Of a DNA stretch of 64,000 nucleotides, positions 19,701 to 29,131 are shown one piece after another (position 1 is the first letter of the stretch; the number at the start of each line of letters is the position of its first letter). Source of the stretch: an uncultured Eubacteriales bacterium. Lineage in GTDB: Bacteria; Acidobacteriota; Aminicenantia; Aminicenantales; Aminicenantaceae. The stretch spans positions 4,720 through 68,719 of the forward strand of contig CAZSZS010000107.1 of NCBI GenBank assembly GCA_964611275.1. Reading direction: 5' to 3'. Both the position numbers and the translations under genes were made by a program. Below the pieces are notes generated by a model. That model saw only the letters and a program-made list of their open reading frames with translations. It searched no databases and had not been told where the DNA came from.

Positions 19701-20076
19701 TGTTCTCTCCTGTTCCCACCCAGATTATGTTCGGATTATTGGGATCCATGGTGATGCAGCCGATGGAGTAAGATCCCTGATGATCGAAAATCGGAGTGAA
19801 GGTCGTGCCGGCATTGATGGTCTTCCAAACTCCGCCTGATGCGGATGCCACGTAAAATTCGCTCGGGTTTTTCGGATTGACCGCAAAGTCTGATATTCTC
19901 CCTGATGTGAGGGCCGGCCCGATAGATCTGAGTTTGAACGCATTGAGGGAGAGGGAAGCCAGGGGATCTGTATTGCTTTTATCTGCGGGCTTATTTGTCT
20001 TTGAATAGCCGAGAAAAGGCAGGCAAAGTAAAAACACAAAGATCAAGCAGAATGATATAAATATTGGTTTTTTCAT
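16777..20076 (-). CDS. secreted BNR/Asp-box repeat protein with VPS10/sortilin-like beta-propellers
   Basis: Signal peptide and at least 10 Asp-box motifs (SxDxGxTW: SADGGASW, TDSGETW, VDAGKTW, TDDGGNTW, FDRGKTW, TDAGKTW, and others). An approximately 350-aa C-terminal region is of unknown function. Confidence 0.75.
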   Translation of the reverse strand: MKKPIFISFCLIFVFLLCLPFLGYSKTNKPADKSNTDPLASLSLNAFKLRSIGPALTSGRISDFAVNPKNPSEFYVASASGGVWKTINAGTTFTPIFDHQGSYSIGCITMDPNNPNIIWVGTGENNNQRSVAYGDGIYKSADGGASWKHMGLKNSEHIGMIIVDPRDSNVVYAAAYGPLWSAGGDRGLYKTTDSGETWTPILTISEHTGVNEVHFDPRNPDVIYAAAHQRRRHVFTLVDGGPESGVYKSVDAGKTWKKINKGLPPGDKGRIGLAISPADPDYLYAIVEAQRGRAGFFRSLNGGVSWEKQNSYASSGNYYQEIICDPKDRDRVYSMDTFLQVTDDGGNTWTALGDRSKHWDSHALWINPENTDYYLNGNDGGVYESFDRGKTWKFMPNLPVTQFYKIAVDHAEPFYNVYGGTQDNYSLGGPSRTNSAHGIVNADWYTTQGGDGFESQVDPEDPNIVYAQSQHGNLVRFDKKSGESMGIQPKPRKGEKEYRWNWDAPLLISPHSHTRLYFAANKLFRSDDRGNTWKVISPDLTRQIDRNKLEVMGKIWPMDAVAKNASTSSYGNIVALDESPVKEEMVYVGTDDGLIQVTEDGGENWRKIESFPGVPERTYVNDIIASHHEPNTVYAAFNNHKNGDFKPYVLKSTDAGKTWTSLSSRLPERGSVYALAEDHINKDLLFAGTEFGVFASLDGGKNWKQLKNGLPTIAVRDLAIQKRENDLVLATFGRGFYILDDFSPMRTLTEDTLAKEGHIFSIKDALMFVEKTPLGTLGSRSKGFQGENYFTVPNPPVAATFTYYLKESVKTLRDQRREQEQENAKQKKPVYYPSYEQMRAEEEEMTPYLLFTIQDEDDHVMRHLRAPAQKGLHRITWDLCYPALNPTNVRDANPTSSGPSSTFVLPGTYKVFMSKCVDGEITQMTDPVVFKAKPLGNTSLPAEDKEALVEFQGKVRKLSHSVNAASSMMRELGTRVTHYKVALKSVTVPHKELFAQITDLEKKLAEFQRRMFGDRMLSQLDLDTEPGIARRINSIIYEQWGSTSAPTQTQRDSYQIVLDEFAPIYEALKKIIEEDVKNIEKKLDEIGAPYTPGRLPDWK

Positions 20077-20383
20077 ACGTTCCTCCTTTTAGGGAATGTT
20101 AGGGTTTGTGAAAATAAGGAAATATCATATACCATTATTTTATTTTAATGTGTTACTCTTACCAAACGTCCGGTTATGTGTCAAGAAGAAGTTCGCTGGA
20201 AGGGAATATTCCGGCTGGATCATCATGTGAGCCTGTGGCTAAAAGGTTATTACGATGAGACAGTGTGCGGGATTTTTTTTGATATTATCCGATTTCTGGA
20301 ACAAATCTCTTGACAAATGAATCTATATGTTCCAGAATATGGAAGTTATGAATATATCACATGAATGGATTGGAAGAAATCTT

Positions 20384-21997
20384 ATGATCGATGCGAAGAG
20401 AAACAGGTGTAAAAAAAGAGGGTTATTATCCATATCGATTGCCCTATTTTTTGTATGCTGCGGTTTGTTCTTAAAAATAAACGGAGATTTTGAAAGCCCT
20501 GCTCAAGTGGAAAAAGTAAAAAAACACGGAAAGGGTGAATTAAGGATTATTGAAGGAATTCCTTTCTTGAAATTATCCGGAAGCTATTATGAGATGGGTG
20601 AACAATACGGAGTCCTGCTAAAGGATAAGTTAAAAAAAATATATCATGAAGTATTGCCTTATAAAGCGATCATTTTGGTAAAGCAAGCGGATGATATATA
20701 CAGTGAACTCGAGAGACTGACATCCGATAAATTCATTTATCAGTTAGAAGGAATGTCAGCAGGCTCAGGATTGCCGTATAGTGATTTGCTGTTAGCTTTG
20801 TATTTTGGAGTTTTGGAACGCGGGGGCTGCTCTTCCATACTAGCGAAGATTAAGGGTGAAAATGATATTCTTCGAATAGTTCATGGGAGAAACTTTGATT
20901 ACGGCAAAGGAATGGGAAAATACCCTATAGTTGTGGAGTATCAACCGGACGGAGAATGGAAACATATAGCTATCGGGACCATTGCTTCTGCGGGTATGGC
21001 CGAGGGAATGAATGAGAAAGGGATAACGATTTCAGGAAATTTAGCTCCGGGAGATCTTAAGAATAATACCGTTCAAAACGCATCTCCTGATATCTTTTTT
21101 AGAGAAATATTAAGCTCAGCTTCATCTTTGAAAGAGGTCGATGCATTGATGAAAGGATATGCATCGGATGTAGGAAATACGTTCACTATTGGGAGCGGCA
21201 CCGAGACCGATGGAATTATTTATGACATGAACTATGATAATGTGAAAAAGAATTATTTTCACAAACAAAATTGTCTCTTTGCCACGAATGGCTATGTACA
21301 TAAGGATCTGAATCCGGAAAAAGACGACCTCAGATATCAAATTATCCGGGGATATGCGGATGACGGCAATATCAGCACAGTCGATGGAATGATTGAGGTT
21401 CTTTCGGATCCGGGCACATCGTTTGGTGTCAATAATCCGAGCACCATTCATGCCATTGTATTTGATCCCCAACAAAAAACCATATATATGGCATTCAACA
21501 CAAAATTTGCCGCCTGGAGCCAATGGTTAAAGTATGATTGGGGTAAGGGATCGGTTAGTGTTTACAAAAAGGCTGATGAAGATAAGTTACAAAACACCGG
21601 CCGTGTTGAATTAACTGAGGTCCATATAAGCGGAGCGTATTGGAACGGACATCTGCCTATCCGGGGCGGAGGACCAAAATCAAAGCAGCCATTTTTTTGG
21701 GTTTCAATAAAGGAATGGCTCAAAGAAAAAAATGCTGAGCAGCTGAACGAATTTAGAGAACGGGCAGCTAAAGAAATGATATTAAAGGCTGAAGACCTGC
21801 CTGATATTAAAGCAACTGTAACAAAAGGAATGATAGCAATGGAAAATTTCCATGGATTCATGTTTGAGATAAATGAAGAAGATGTCCCGAAGATGGTTCC
21901 TAACACACCTTATACAATCCATTTTGAAAACACGAGCGCTGTCTATAAATGGATCAATGAAGAAGGAGTCACACTTATCAAACCTGAAGATAAATAA
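20384..21997 (+). CDS. peptidase C45 family protein (acyl-CoA:6-aminopenicillanic-acid acyltransferase-like Ntn hydrolase) with membrane anchor and C-terminal extension
   Basis: GGCSS nucleophile motif. The N-terminal hydrophobic anchor follows the ATG at 20384, which has a GGAAG ribosome-binding site. The track start at 20327 lacks a ribosome-binding site. A TTGACA -35-like element is present at 20311. Confidence 0.55.
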   Translation: MIDAKRNRCKKRGLLSISIALFFVCCGLFLKINGDFESPAQVEKVKKHGKGELRIIEGIPFLKLSGSYYEMGEQYGVLLKDKLKKIYHEVLPYKAIILVKQADDIYSELERLTSDKFIYQLEGMSAGSGLPYSDLLLALYFGVLERGGCSSILAKIKGENDILRIVHGRNFDYGKGMGKYPIVVEYQPDGEWKHIAIGTIASAGMAEGMNEKGITISGNLAPGDLKNNTVQNASPDIFFREILSSASSLKEVDALMKGYASDVGNTFTIGSGTETDGIIYDMNYDNVKKNYFHKQNCLFATNGYVHKDLNPEKDDLRYQIIRGYADDGNISTVDGMIEVLSDPGTSFGVNNPSTIHAIVFDPQQKTIYMAFNTKFAAWSQWLKYDWGKGSVSVYKKADEDKLQNTGRVELTEVHISGAYWNGHLPIRGGGPKSKQPFFWVSIKEWLKEKNAEQLNEFRERAAKEMILKAEDLPDIKATVTKGMIAMENFHGFMFEINEEDVPKMVPNTPYTIHFENTSAVYKWINEEGVTLIKPEDK

Positions 21998-22048
21998 TGA
22001 ATATATTTATTTCAGAATACGGAAGCAAATGATTTTGAGGAGAATGAA

Positions 22049-22381
22049 ATGAAACTTTTATCAAGGTCAGAGGAACTGGTTCTTCTGACGGTCATGAAAC
22101 TGCAGGAGGGTGCCTACTGCATTCCCATTCGTGAGGAGCTGATAGAGGTTACCGGGAGGACGTGGTCTTTTGGTTCAGTTTACGATCCACTGGACCGCTT
22201 AGAGAAAAAAGGACTTCTCAAATCCTATTTAACCGAGCCTGTTAAGGAAAGAGGGGGAAGAAGCAAGAGGATCTACCAGCTGACTTCTCTGGGGAAAAGG
22301 TCTTTGATCGAAGTCCGCGGTATCCAGGATGCCCTGTGGGACAGGATCCCTTCTCTGGAAACAGATACGGAAAAGACGTAA
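22049..22381 (+). CDS. PadR family transcriptional regulator
   Basis: Winged-helix PadR signature (YCIPIREEL…DPLDRLEKKGLL). Good ribosome-binding site (GAGGAG). Confidence 0.85.
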   Translation: MKLLSRSEELVLLTVMKLQEGAYCIPIREELIEVTGRTWSFGSVYDPLDRLEKKGLLKSYLTEPVKERGGRSKRIYQLTSLGKRSLIEVRGIQDALWDRIPSLETDTEKT

Positions 22382-22383
22382 CA

Positions 22384-24990
22384 ATGAGCCGAAAAAACCG
22401 CTTCACTCCCCCGCTCCTCGCAGAAAAAATGCTCGGTATCATCTATTCCGATAAGGGACAGTTCACTCATCTTGGGGATTTCGAGGAGATGTTTCTTCAC
22501 ATTTGTGAAAACAAAGGTAAAGGTTATGCCCGGATTTGGTACCGGCTTCAGGTCATGAAGTCTTTACCGGGATTCATAAAGAACAAACTGTACTGGAGTA
22601 CGGCCATGCTGAAAAATTATATTTTAATCGCCCTCAGGAATGGCATTAAAAACAAGGGTTTTTCATTCATCAATGTTACCGGGCTTGCCGTGGGAATGGC
22701 CTGTTTCCTTCTCATCATAGCTTATGTCCAGCATGAATCGAGCTATGACCGGCTTCATGAAAAAAGCGATCGGATCTTCCGCCTTCTTTCCAGAGAATCT
22801 ACAAAGGACGGACAAAAATCCGTGGAGGAGTATGAAGATTCTTTTCCCGAGGTAATGACTCCTCTTCTCATTTCTGATTTTCCTGATGTCAAAAACGCCA
22901 CGTGCTTTATGGGTGCATTTCAGGATAAAGCTGTTCTCAAAGCCGGGGAGAAACTCTTTTATCAATCCGGATTGTATGCGGACAGAAATTTTCTGGAGAT
23001 TTTTAGTTTCCCGCTTATTCATGGAGACAGTCAGAGTGTGCTCTCTGAATCCAACACCATTGTGATTACTGAAGACGTTTCAAAAAAGCTTTTCGGAAAC
23101 GAAAACCCGATTGGCCGGTTCCTCAGCTACAAAGAGAGAAGACGGCAGTATGATGTGGTGGTCAGCGGAGTGGTGGAAAACATCCCCCAAAATTCCAGTC
23201 TAAAGTTCGATTATCTTCTGTCCCTTGCAACGTTAAGGGCGGATAAGTCAAACAGTTTCATGTTCGATAATTGGAATGTGGGTAACTTTCATATTTTTGT
23301 AGAGCTTACAGAAACAGGGGATAAAACCGAAGCGGAAAAAAAGCTCACTGAATTTGCCCAAACCAAAAGAGATGGGACAAAGCTGGCTCTCCAACCCATA
23401 GAAGATATCCATCTGAGGTCTCAGATCTCAGGAGAACTTGACACCAATAATGAGATCCGTTATGTGCGTCTTTTTTCTTTCATTGCCGTGATGGTTCTGC
23501 TCATAGCCTGTGTGAATTCCATGAATCTGGGTGTGGCCTGTTCCACAAAAAGGGCTAAAGAGATCGGTGTGCGAAAAGTTAACGGGGCCAACCGCAGGCA
23601 GATCCTGCACCAGTTTTTGGGAGAATCTTTGTTTATGTCCCTATTATCTTTGTTTGCTGCATTGCTTCTTATGAAGATGTTCCTGCCCCGCTTCAGTCTC
23701 ATCCTGGGAGTGGAGCTGAAACCGGATTTTCTGAACAATATCTTTCTTATCCTTGTGATGGCAGGGACGACCCTTTTTGTGGCTCTGGCATCCGGGAGCT
23801 ATCCCGCTCTGATGCTTTCTGCCCTGCCGCCGGTGAGCTCCATGAAGGAACAGGCCGCATCCGTGAGCCGGAGCGGGAGGCTGAGGAACATCCTCATGGT
23901 TTTTCAGTTTGCGGTTTCCGTGACCCTGATCATCTGTACGGTTGTTGTGTTTAAACAGATGGATTTCATCAAGACCAGGGAATTGGGGTTTGACAGGGAG
24001 CATGTGGTCGTGATTCCCTTAAATGAAAGGGAAACATTGGACAAACGGCAGGTCTTAAAGACATCCTTTCTTGAAATTCCCCAGGTCCAGGGGGTATCGG
24101 TTTCGAGCGGCCTGCCCATAAATATACGAAGCCGCCTCATCAACCATGGTTTTATAAAAGATGATGGCGAAAAAGTCACAATGGATATCACGTTTGACTA
24201 TGTAGATGAGGATTTTGTGGATGTGTTCAAGATCAATGTTTTGAAAGGAAGGAACTTTTCAAAGGATTTTAGTGAGGACAAATACGGGATGCTGATCAAT
24301 GAGACCGCTGTAAAAAAGTTAGGATGGTCTGATCCCATAGGGAAAGAATTCTCCTTCATGAGAGACAAATACCATGTTGTGGGTGTGGTTGAGGATTTCC
24401 AGTTTGCCACTTTTCACCATCAGATCGAACCCATGGTGTTGTTCAATGAAATAGGTTCCAACATTTCGGTCCGGATCCATCCGGGGGATGTTCAGGCTAT
24501 CCTGGGCACTTTAAGGAGGGCATTTGAGGAAACAACCAAGAGCCAGCCTTTTGAATTCTATTTTCTGGATGCTGCCTTTAACAGGCTCTATCAGAAAGAG
24601 ATGAGAATAGGAGAGATATTCGGAACTTTTGCCGGGATCACGGTTTTTATCGCCTGCATGGGTCTTTTCGGATTGGCTGCCTTCATGATCGACAGGAGGA
24701 CCAAAGAGATCGGCATCCGGAAAGTACTCGGCGCCTCTGTGTCTCAGATCGTGATCCTTTTGACCAGAGAATTCGCCGGGCTTGTTCTGCTTTCAAACCT
24801 GATCGCCTGGCCCGTAGCTTACATTATCATGAGAATTTGGCTTCAGGATTTCGCTTTTCGGATAAACATAGGCGTCTGGATCTTTATCCTATCCAGCGCT
24901 TTGGTGCTTTTTATCTCTTTTGTGACCGTGAGTGTCCATACCTTCAGGGCGGCGGCCTCAAATCCTGTCGATACCCTCAGGTATGAGTGA
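22384..24990 (+). CDS. ABC transporter permease, FtsX/MacB-type with two FtsX domains
   Basis: About 870 aa. Each half has a MacB_PCD-like periplasmic domain followed by 4 transmembrane helices. ATG at 22384 overlaps the padR stop, as in the common PadR-permease pairing. Confidence 0.8.
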   Translation: MSRKNRFTPPLLAEKMLGIIYSDKGQFTHLGDFEEMFLHICENKGKGYARIWYRLQVMKSLPGFIKNKLYWSTAMLKNYILIALRNGIKNKGFSFINVTGLAVGMACFLLIIAYVQHESSYDRLHEKSDRIFRLLSRESTKDGQKSVEEYEDSFPEVMTPLLISDFPDVKNATCFMGAFQDKAVLKAGEKLFYQSGLYADRNFLEIFSFPLIHGDSQSVLSESNTIVITEDVSKKLFGNENPIGRFLSYKERRRQYDVVVSGVVENIPQNSSLKFDYLLSLATLRADKSNSFMFDNWNVGNFHIFVELTETGDKTEAEKKLTEFAQTKRDGTKLALQPIEDIHLRSQISGELDTNNEIRYVRLFSFIAVMVLLIACVNSMNLGVACSTKRAKEIGVRKVNGANRRQILHQFLGESLFMSLLSLFAALLLMKMFLPRFSLILGVELKPDFLNNIFLILVMAGTTLFVALASGSYPALMLSALPPVSSMKEQAASVSRSGRLRNILMVFQFAVSVTLIICTVVVFKQMDFIKTRELGFDREHVVVIPLNERETLDKRQVLKTSFLEIPQVQGVSVSSGLPINIRSRLINHGFIKDDGEKVTMDITFDYVDEDFVDVFKINVLKGRNFSKDFSEDKYGMLINETAVKKLGWSDPIGKEFSFMRDKYHVVGVVEDFQFATFHHQIEPMVLFNEIGSNISVRIHPGDVQAILGTLRRAFEETTKSQPFEFYFLDAAFNRLYQKEMRIGEIFGTFAGITVFIACMGLFGLAAFMIDRRTKEIGIRKVLGASVSQIVILLTREFAGLVLLSNLIAWPVAYIIMRIWLQDFAFRINIGVWIFILSSALVLFISFVTVSVHTFRAAASNPVDTLRYE

Positions 24991-25004
24991 GTTAGAATTC
25001 ATAT

Positions 25005-26309
25005 TTACCTGTACCGGCCGTATCTTGACCTTCCTCCAAATCGAGGATTGACAACATTGCTGTAAACAGAGCCGAAGGTGTAGCTGAATCCGATATCTAT
25101 GGAATATTCGTAGTTTGTTGCCAGTTCCTTTCTCTGAAGAAGGATCTCATCCAGTGAAGCCCCTTCAATGGGAAGTGACAGCTGGTCACGGACCCGGTCG
25201 TATCTTCCGCTGAGGTTTATGGAAAATCCCCTGAAAATTTGGAATGAGAGAAATCCTCTGAGCTCAAGGCGGTTTTTTGATAAGTCATGAAAATAATGAG
25301 ATCCTTCCAGAGACGTTGAAGCACTTCCCCAGGGTTCTCTTATTTCCAAACTCAATGTCAGAGACTCATTGAAGAGATTTTCTTTGGTCTTGTTAAAGAT
25401 AGTCTTTTCGATATAGTTCACCGAATGAAAGCCCACTCTGTACAGGCAGCGAAGCTGTCTTCTTGTGGATTCTGAATAAGGAAAGAAGTTATACTCAAGA
25501 GCCGGAGCGACCATATAATGGGAATCAATATTGCTGTATGTGGACGAAGAAGCCTCTATCCAGCTTCCGATCGACCAATGTTCGTTTAAACTTTTTACAA
25601 AAAGTCCCCTGAAATCTTTTTCTTCGGAAATGCTCTTAATAGAGTAGTCTTCATAGTCATAATTGTCTTCTTCATAATCGCCGGAAACTCCCAACTGGAT
25701 TTTCCATTCAGGGGTCACTCTGTTTGCGGAAAGGTCTAAGCTGAGCTGTGTTGTTTTCTGGCTTGACTCTTCCTGTAGTTCTCCGCTGACCCGGATATTA
25801 AAAACCCAAAAATTCCAGTTATCTTTGACCGAAGTCGGCTCAAGATCTTGTTTGCACTGAATAGAGAGCAGGTCCGCTATGGGGGTCTTCATGAGGAATG
25901 GGAAAAGACCTTTTTTCATGACTTCGAGCATCCCTTCCCTGACCTCGTCCCTGGTTTCGGTTTCGTTTGAGGAATAGGTTAGTGTGTTTTCCGTATCCTC
26001 AAATTGATTTCTTCCCATGAACGTCAGAGTGTATTTATTTCCGCCGCTTCCGGTATTTTCGTCCGTCACCAGGATATGGATATCCGCATCTGTCCGGTCG
26101 CGGACAAAATTCACATAGGTTATTTCTTTCCGTATATAATCTCTATCGCATCGCCAGCAGTCCAGAAAGACTTTAGGTGCGTTTTCTTTTAGTTCATCCA
26201 TAGTCGTCCGGTTTGTTTCCGCATGCATTCGTGGAGTAAATATGAGAACGCTTATGGTGAGTATTAGAGCAATAAATTCGGTTTTTCTCGTCATCGTATA
26301 TATCCTCAC
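25005..26309 (-). CDS. hypothetical secreted protein, probable outer-membrane beta-barrel
   Basis: Signal peptide, alternating amphipathic beta-strand pattern, and an aromatic-rich C-terminus. Confidence 0.4.
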   Translation of the reverse strand: MRIYTMTRKTEFIALILTISVLIFTPRMHAETNRTTMDELKENAPKVFLDCWRCDRDYIRKEITYVNFVRDRTDADIHILVTDENTGSGGNKYTLTFMGRNQFEDTENTLTYSSNETETRDEVREGMLEVMKKGLFPFLMKTPIADLLSIQCKQDLEPTSVKDNWNFWVFNIRVSGELQEESSQKTTQLSLDLSANRVTPEWKIQLGVSGDYEEDNYDYEDYSIKSISEEKDFRGLFVKSLNEHWSIGSWIEASSSTYSNIDSHYMVAPALEYNFFPYSESTRRQLRCLYRVGFHSVNYIEKTIFNKTKENLFNESLTLSLEIREPWGSASTSLEGSHYFHDLSKNRLELRGFLSFQIFRGFSINLSGRYDRVRDQLSLPIEGASLDEILLQRKELATNYEYSIDIGFSYTFGSVYSNVVNPRFGGRSRYGRYR

Positions 26310-26464
26310 ATATTGTATTCATAAGTAATGATAGTCAGTTACTGCCGTTCTTGACTATGCAATTGGCAAAGATTATAACAGATTACTATTAAATATAAAT
26401 GAATAAAATATTAAAAAATTTTAATATTTTAATTTTGATTGAACGATTAAGAAATAGTGCTCCT

Positions 26465-28048
26465 TTAGAATTCTTGAATGAAGAAGATCTTAATAGCGCT
26501 TTTTGTTGCGCTGCTGTTGGTGTCTAGAATAGTACCCTGTCTGATGTAGCAATCATATCCAAAGTTTATTTTCGAGGTTTTGGTTATATCCAATCTTATG
26601 TTAAAGGAAGAAACAGACAATGATTCCTGGGCTTCTGAGAAGAGTGAATTGATCCAGTACTGTGAAAATTTAGCGAGGATGCTGCCAAAACCTTTCTTCC
26701 CCACCTCTATTCTGAATCTGGACATCAGGCCGGGTCCGAAATAATAAGGCTTCTGGTTTTTTTCGCCGAATTGACATTTTTCGATATCAAGAGAGGGACT
26801 GGAGCCTCCTAGCACAAAGGATAAAACACCGGAAGCCTCTGTGAAAAAATTTGGTTCAGAATAATAAGATGAGACAGCTCCCATTCCGATTCCCGTTGTA
26901 GAGATCATTTCGATGATCTGGGTTTCTATATAATCATACACTCCGAACAGGCCCCTAAGGCCGTTTTTTGTTTTAGTGCCGCTCAGCAGTACTGTGGCGG
27001 ATATCTCCTTATCCCAGTAACTATCCTTTCGAAAGCCCAATCTTCCGTCGAAAAGAAACCAGTCATATGGTTTGATATATTCCAGTCCTTTTTCCAAATA
27101 ATCCCTGTTTTCAACGTATATTCCAAGCAGGTATCTTTGCTTGTTTGTTGCGGACCAGTAGGTTCCGAGTGGGAGTTGAAAGCGGTAGTAGTGCTCTTCT
27201 GTAAAGAAGTTTAGTCCTGACTGGTTCTTTGAGAACAAATGGAAACTATAAGAGGGGTTTATGATGAGAATGAGAGATTTTTGAAAGAATCCATTAAGTC
27301 CTCTTGAATTCTGGCTGTACAGAGTGCCGGCCATTTGATGGAGAGGTCCTCCCAGGATGTACCCCCCGAGAGTGGTCATGATCACGTCGTTTATAGAGGG
27401 GTAGTTGGATTCAAAAAACAGCTCCCACATAAGACTCCCAGCAGATGTAAAGAATGTAGACTCCCCAATGTCCAGACCGTTCAGCCGGGCCGCTGAAAAA
27501 TACAGGGCTCCATGATAAAGATGAGTCAGATGATTGCTTATAAAGATGCCTCTGTCCCATTCGAATCCGTGGTCGAGATTGGAAACTATTGACTTGAGTG
27601 ATATTTGAGCCCAGGATTTTTTGAGGATAAAGCTGTCCAAAGACCATACCGCAACATTTATCCCGCTGATGTCCATGATAGTATTTGAGTAAGATTTATT
27701 CCCTTCTTGGTACCGGGGCATATAAGAAGACAGCCTGAAGTCATACTGACTGGATCCGTATTTATCCAGCCTGAATTCAGTGACGAGAGCCTTTATTTGA
27801 GAGTCAAAATCGGTGTTGAAGAGATCCGTTCCCCCTTTTATTGATGGGATAGAGAATGCAGGGGTTTTGTTTTTTCGAGAGTTAGAGGAGAGAGAGAAAG
27901 ATTCGGTGTAAAGGGAATAATGTGCGGAAATGGCCTCTGTCTTCTGTTTGGTCTTTGTTTCATTTGTTTCGTTAGCAAACAGAGGAGAAAGACTGAATAA
28001 AAAAGATATTAAAGTAAGTAATGCACTTTTTTTCATTTCCCCTCCCAT
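26465..28048 (-). CDS. hypothetical outer-membrane protein (C-terminal Phe, beta-strand-rich)
   Basis: Signal peptide (MKKSALLTLISFLFSL) and a C-terminal …FFIQEF, typical of outer-membrane beta-barrels. Confidence 0.4.
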   Translation of the reverse strand: MGGEMKKSALLTLISFLFSLSPLFANETNETKTKQKTEAISAHYSLYTESFSLSSNSRKNKTPAFSIPSIKGGTDLFNTDFDSQIKALVTEFRLDKYGSSQYDFRLSSYMPRYQEGNKSYSNTIMDISGINVAVWSLDSFILKKSWAQISLKSIVSNLDHGFEWDRGIFISNHLTHLYHGALYFSAARLNGLDIGESTFFTSAGSLMWELFFESNYPSINDVIMTTLGGYILGGPLHQMAGTLYSQNSRGLNGFFQKSLILIINPSYSFHLFSKNQSGLNFFTEEHYYRFQLPLGTYWSATNKQRYLLGIYVENRDYLEKGLEYIKPYDWFLFDGRLGFRKDSYWDKEISATVLLSGTKTKNGLRGLFGVYDYIETQIIEMISTTGIGMGAVSSYYSEPNFFTEASGVLSFVLGGSSPSLDIEKCQFGEKNQKPYYFGPGLMSRFRIEVGKKGFGSILAKFSQYWINSLFSEAQESLSVSSFNIRLDITKTSKINFGYDCYIRQGTILDTNSSATKSAIKIFFIQEF

Positions 28049-28212
28049 TCTCGTTGTTTATAGGGGGAAATATGAATGTTATCAATAAATGTAAAATGTA
28101 TGATTTCAAGCCGTTTATACCATATTTCCCGTAAGAAATCAATAGGCCGGGCTGAAAAGGGACGGGAATGGATCCCCACACTTGCCAGGATAGGAGCGAT
28201 TTGTTTCCAGTG

Positions 28213-28241
28213 TTCAAAAACCGGTGTTAAGGGTTTATAAT
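28213..28241 (+). promoter_or_regulatory. sigma-70-type promoter TTCAAA-17-TATAAT
   Basis: A perfect -10 hexamer with a 4/6 -35 match, 25 nt upstream of the LPS-kinase ATG at 28266. Confidence 0.4.
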
Positions 28242-28265
28242 AGAGAGAATGAAAATGGGTTTCTT

Positions 28266-29123
28266 ATGTTTATTCAACCCTGTGAGAAAGAGAAAAGAGT
28301 GAAAAGAGAAGACTTCGGAATCCCCCTTTCAGGGTCAGAGTTTAGGGGAAGGCTGGATGTGTGTTTCAATAAGGCGGATCTCGATCCTATTCTGTCCTGC
28401 CCCAAAAAACTGTGGGAAAATTCTTCAATGAAGATGCTGCTTGATGCGAGAAACCGTGTAGGCGCTGTGGATGTCGAGCTCAACGGTCGTGTATTTAGAG
28501 TGGTTGTCAAGTCCTTCCGCATCAGGGGGATTAACAGAGTGAAAAGCATGGTCTTTCCATCCAAGGCTCAAAAAGCCTGGTGCGGAAGTCGTATTCTCAA
28601 AAAGATCAATATAAGCACTCCTTTTCCAATTGCGTTTTTTGAAAGGAGAGAAGGGGGTTCGGTCAGGGAATCCTATTTTTTGTCAGAAATGGTGCAAGGG
28701 ACTCAGGAGATCAGGGTTCTTTTCAAAAGCTTCGAGGGGAAAGATATGGAGGCCCTGCTTAAAGATTTAGCCGGTTTTCTTTCTTTTGTTAGAACCAGAG
28801 GGGTCCTTCACCGGGATTTATCGGATGGCAATATACTGGTCCGCGGGTCCCGGACTGAAGGGTATCAGTTCTTTCTTATAGATACGAACCGGGTAAGAAA
28901 AATAAAGGCTTTTTTTGTCTTAAGAGGACTTAAAAGCCTCATACGCCTGGGCATCCCTTTCCCTTATCAGCGCTCTTTTCTCGAACTCTATTTAAAGCCT
29001 ATGCCGCTGAAAAATTGGTATTGGAGCTGGTACAGGGTCAATAAGGTATTCTTTTCCACATATATTCGGCTTAAGAAAAAGTTGCGTATAAAAAAAATAG
29101 CCCATAAACTGAAGATTCAGTGA
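28266..29123 (+). CDS. lipopolysaccharide kinase (Kdo/WaaP/InaA) family protein
   Basis: Protein-kinase-like catalytic loop (HRDLSDGNIL) and a DTN motif. The track ORF start at 28224 is a GTG that overlaps the promoter. Confidence 0.7.
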   Translation: MFIQPCEKEKRVKREDFGIPLSGSEFRGRLDVCFNKADLDPILSCPKKLWENSSMKMLLDARNRVGAVDVELNGRVFRVVVKSFRIRGINRVKSMVFPSKAQKAWCGSRILKKINISTPFPIAFFERREGGSVRESYFLSEMVQGTQEIRVLFKSFEGKDMEALLKDLAGFLSFVRTRGVLHRDLSDGNILVRGSRTEGYQFFLIDTNRVRKIKAFFVLRGLKSLIRLGIPFPYQRSFLELYLKPMPLKNWYWSWYRVNKVFFSTYIRLKKKLRIKKIAHKLKIQ

Positions 29124-29131
29124 GGATGAGA

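Noticed and set aside
26326-26440. 7-bp inverted repeat (ATAGTCA…TGACTAT) and an AT-rich palindrome between the two outer-membrane-protein genes.
   Set aside because: Short, AT-rich and unconserved elsewhere in the window. It is compatible with an ordinary terminator or promoter region.
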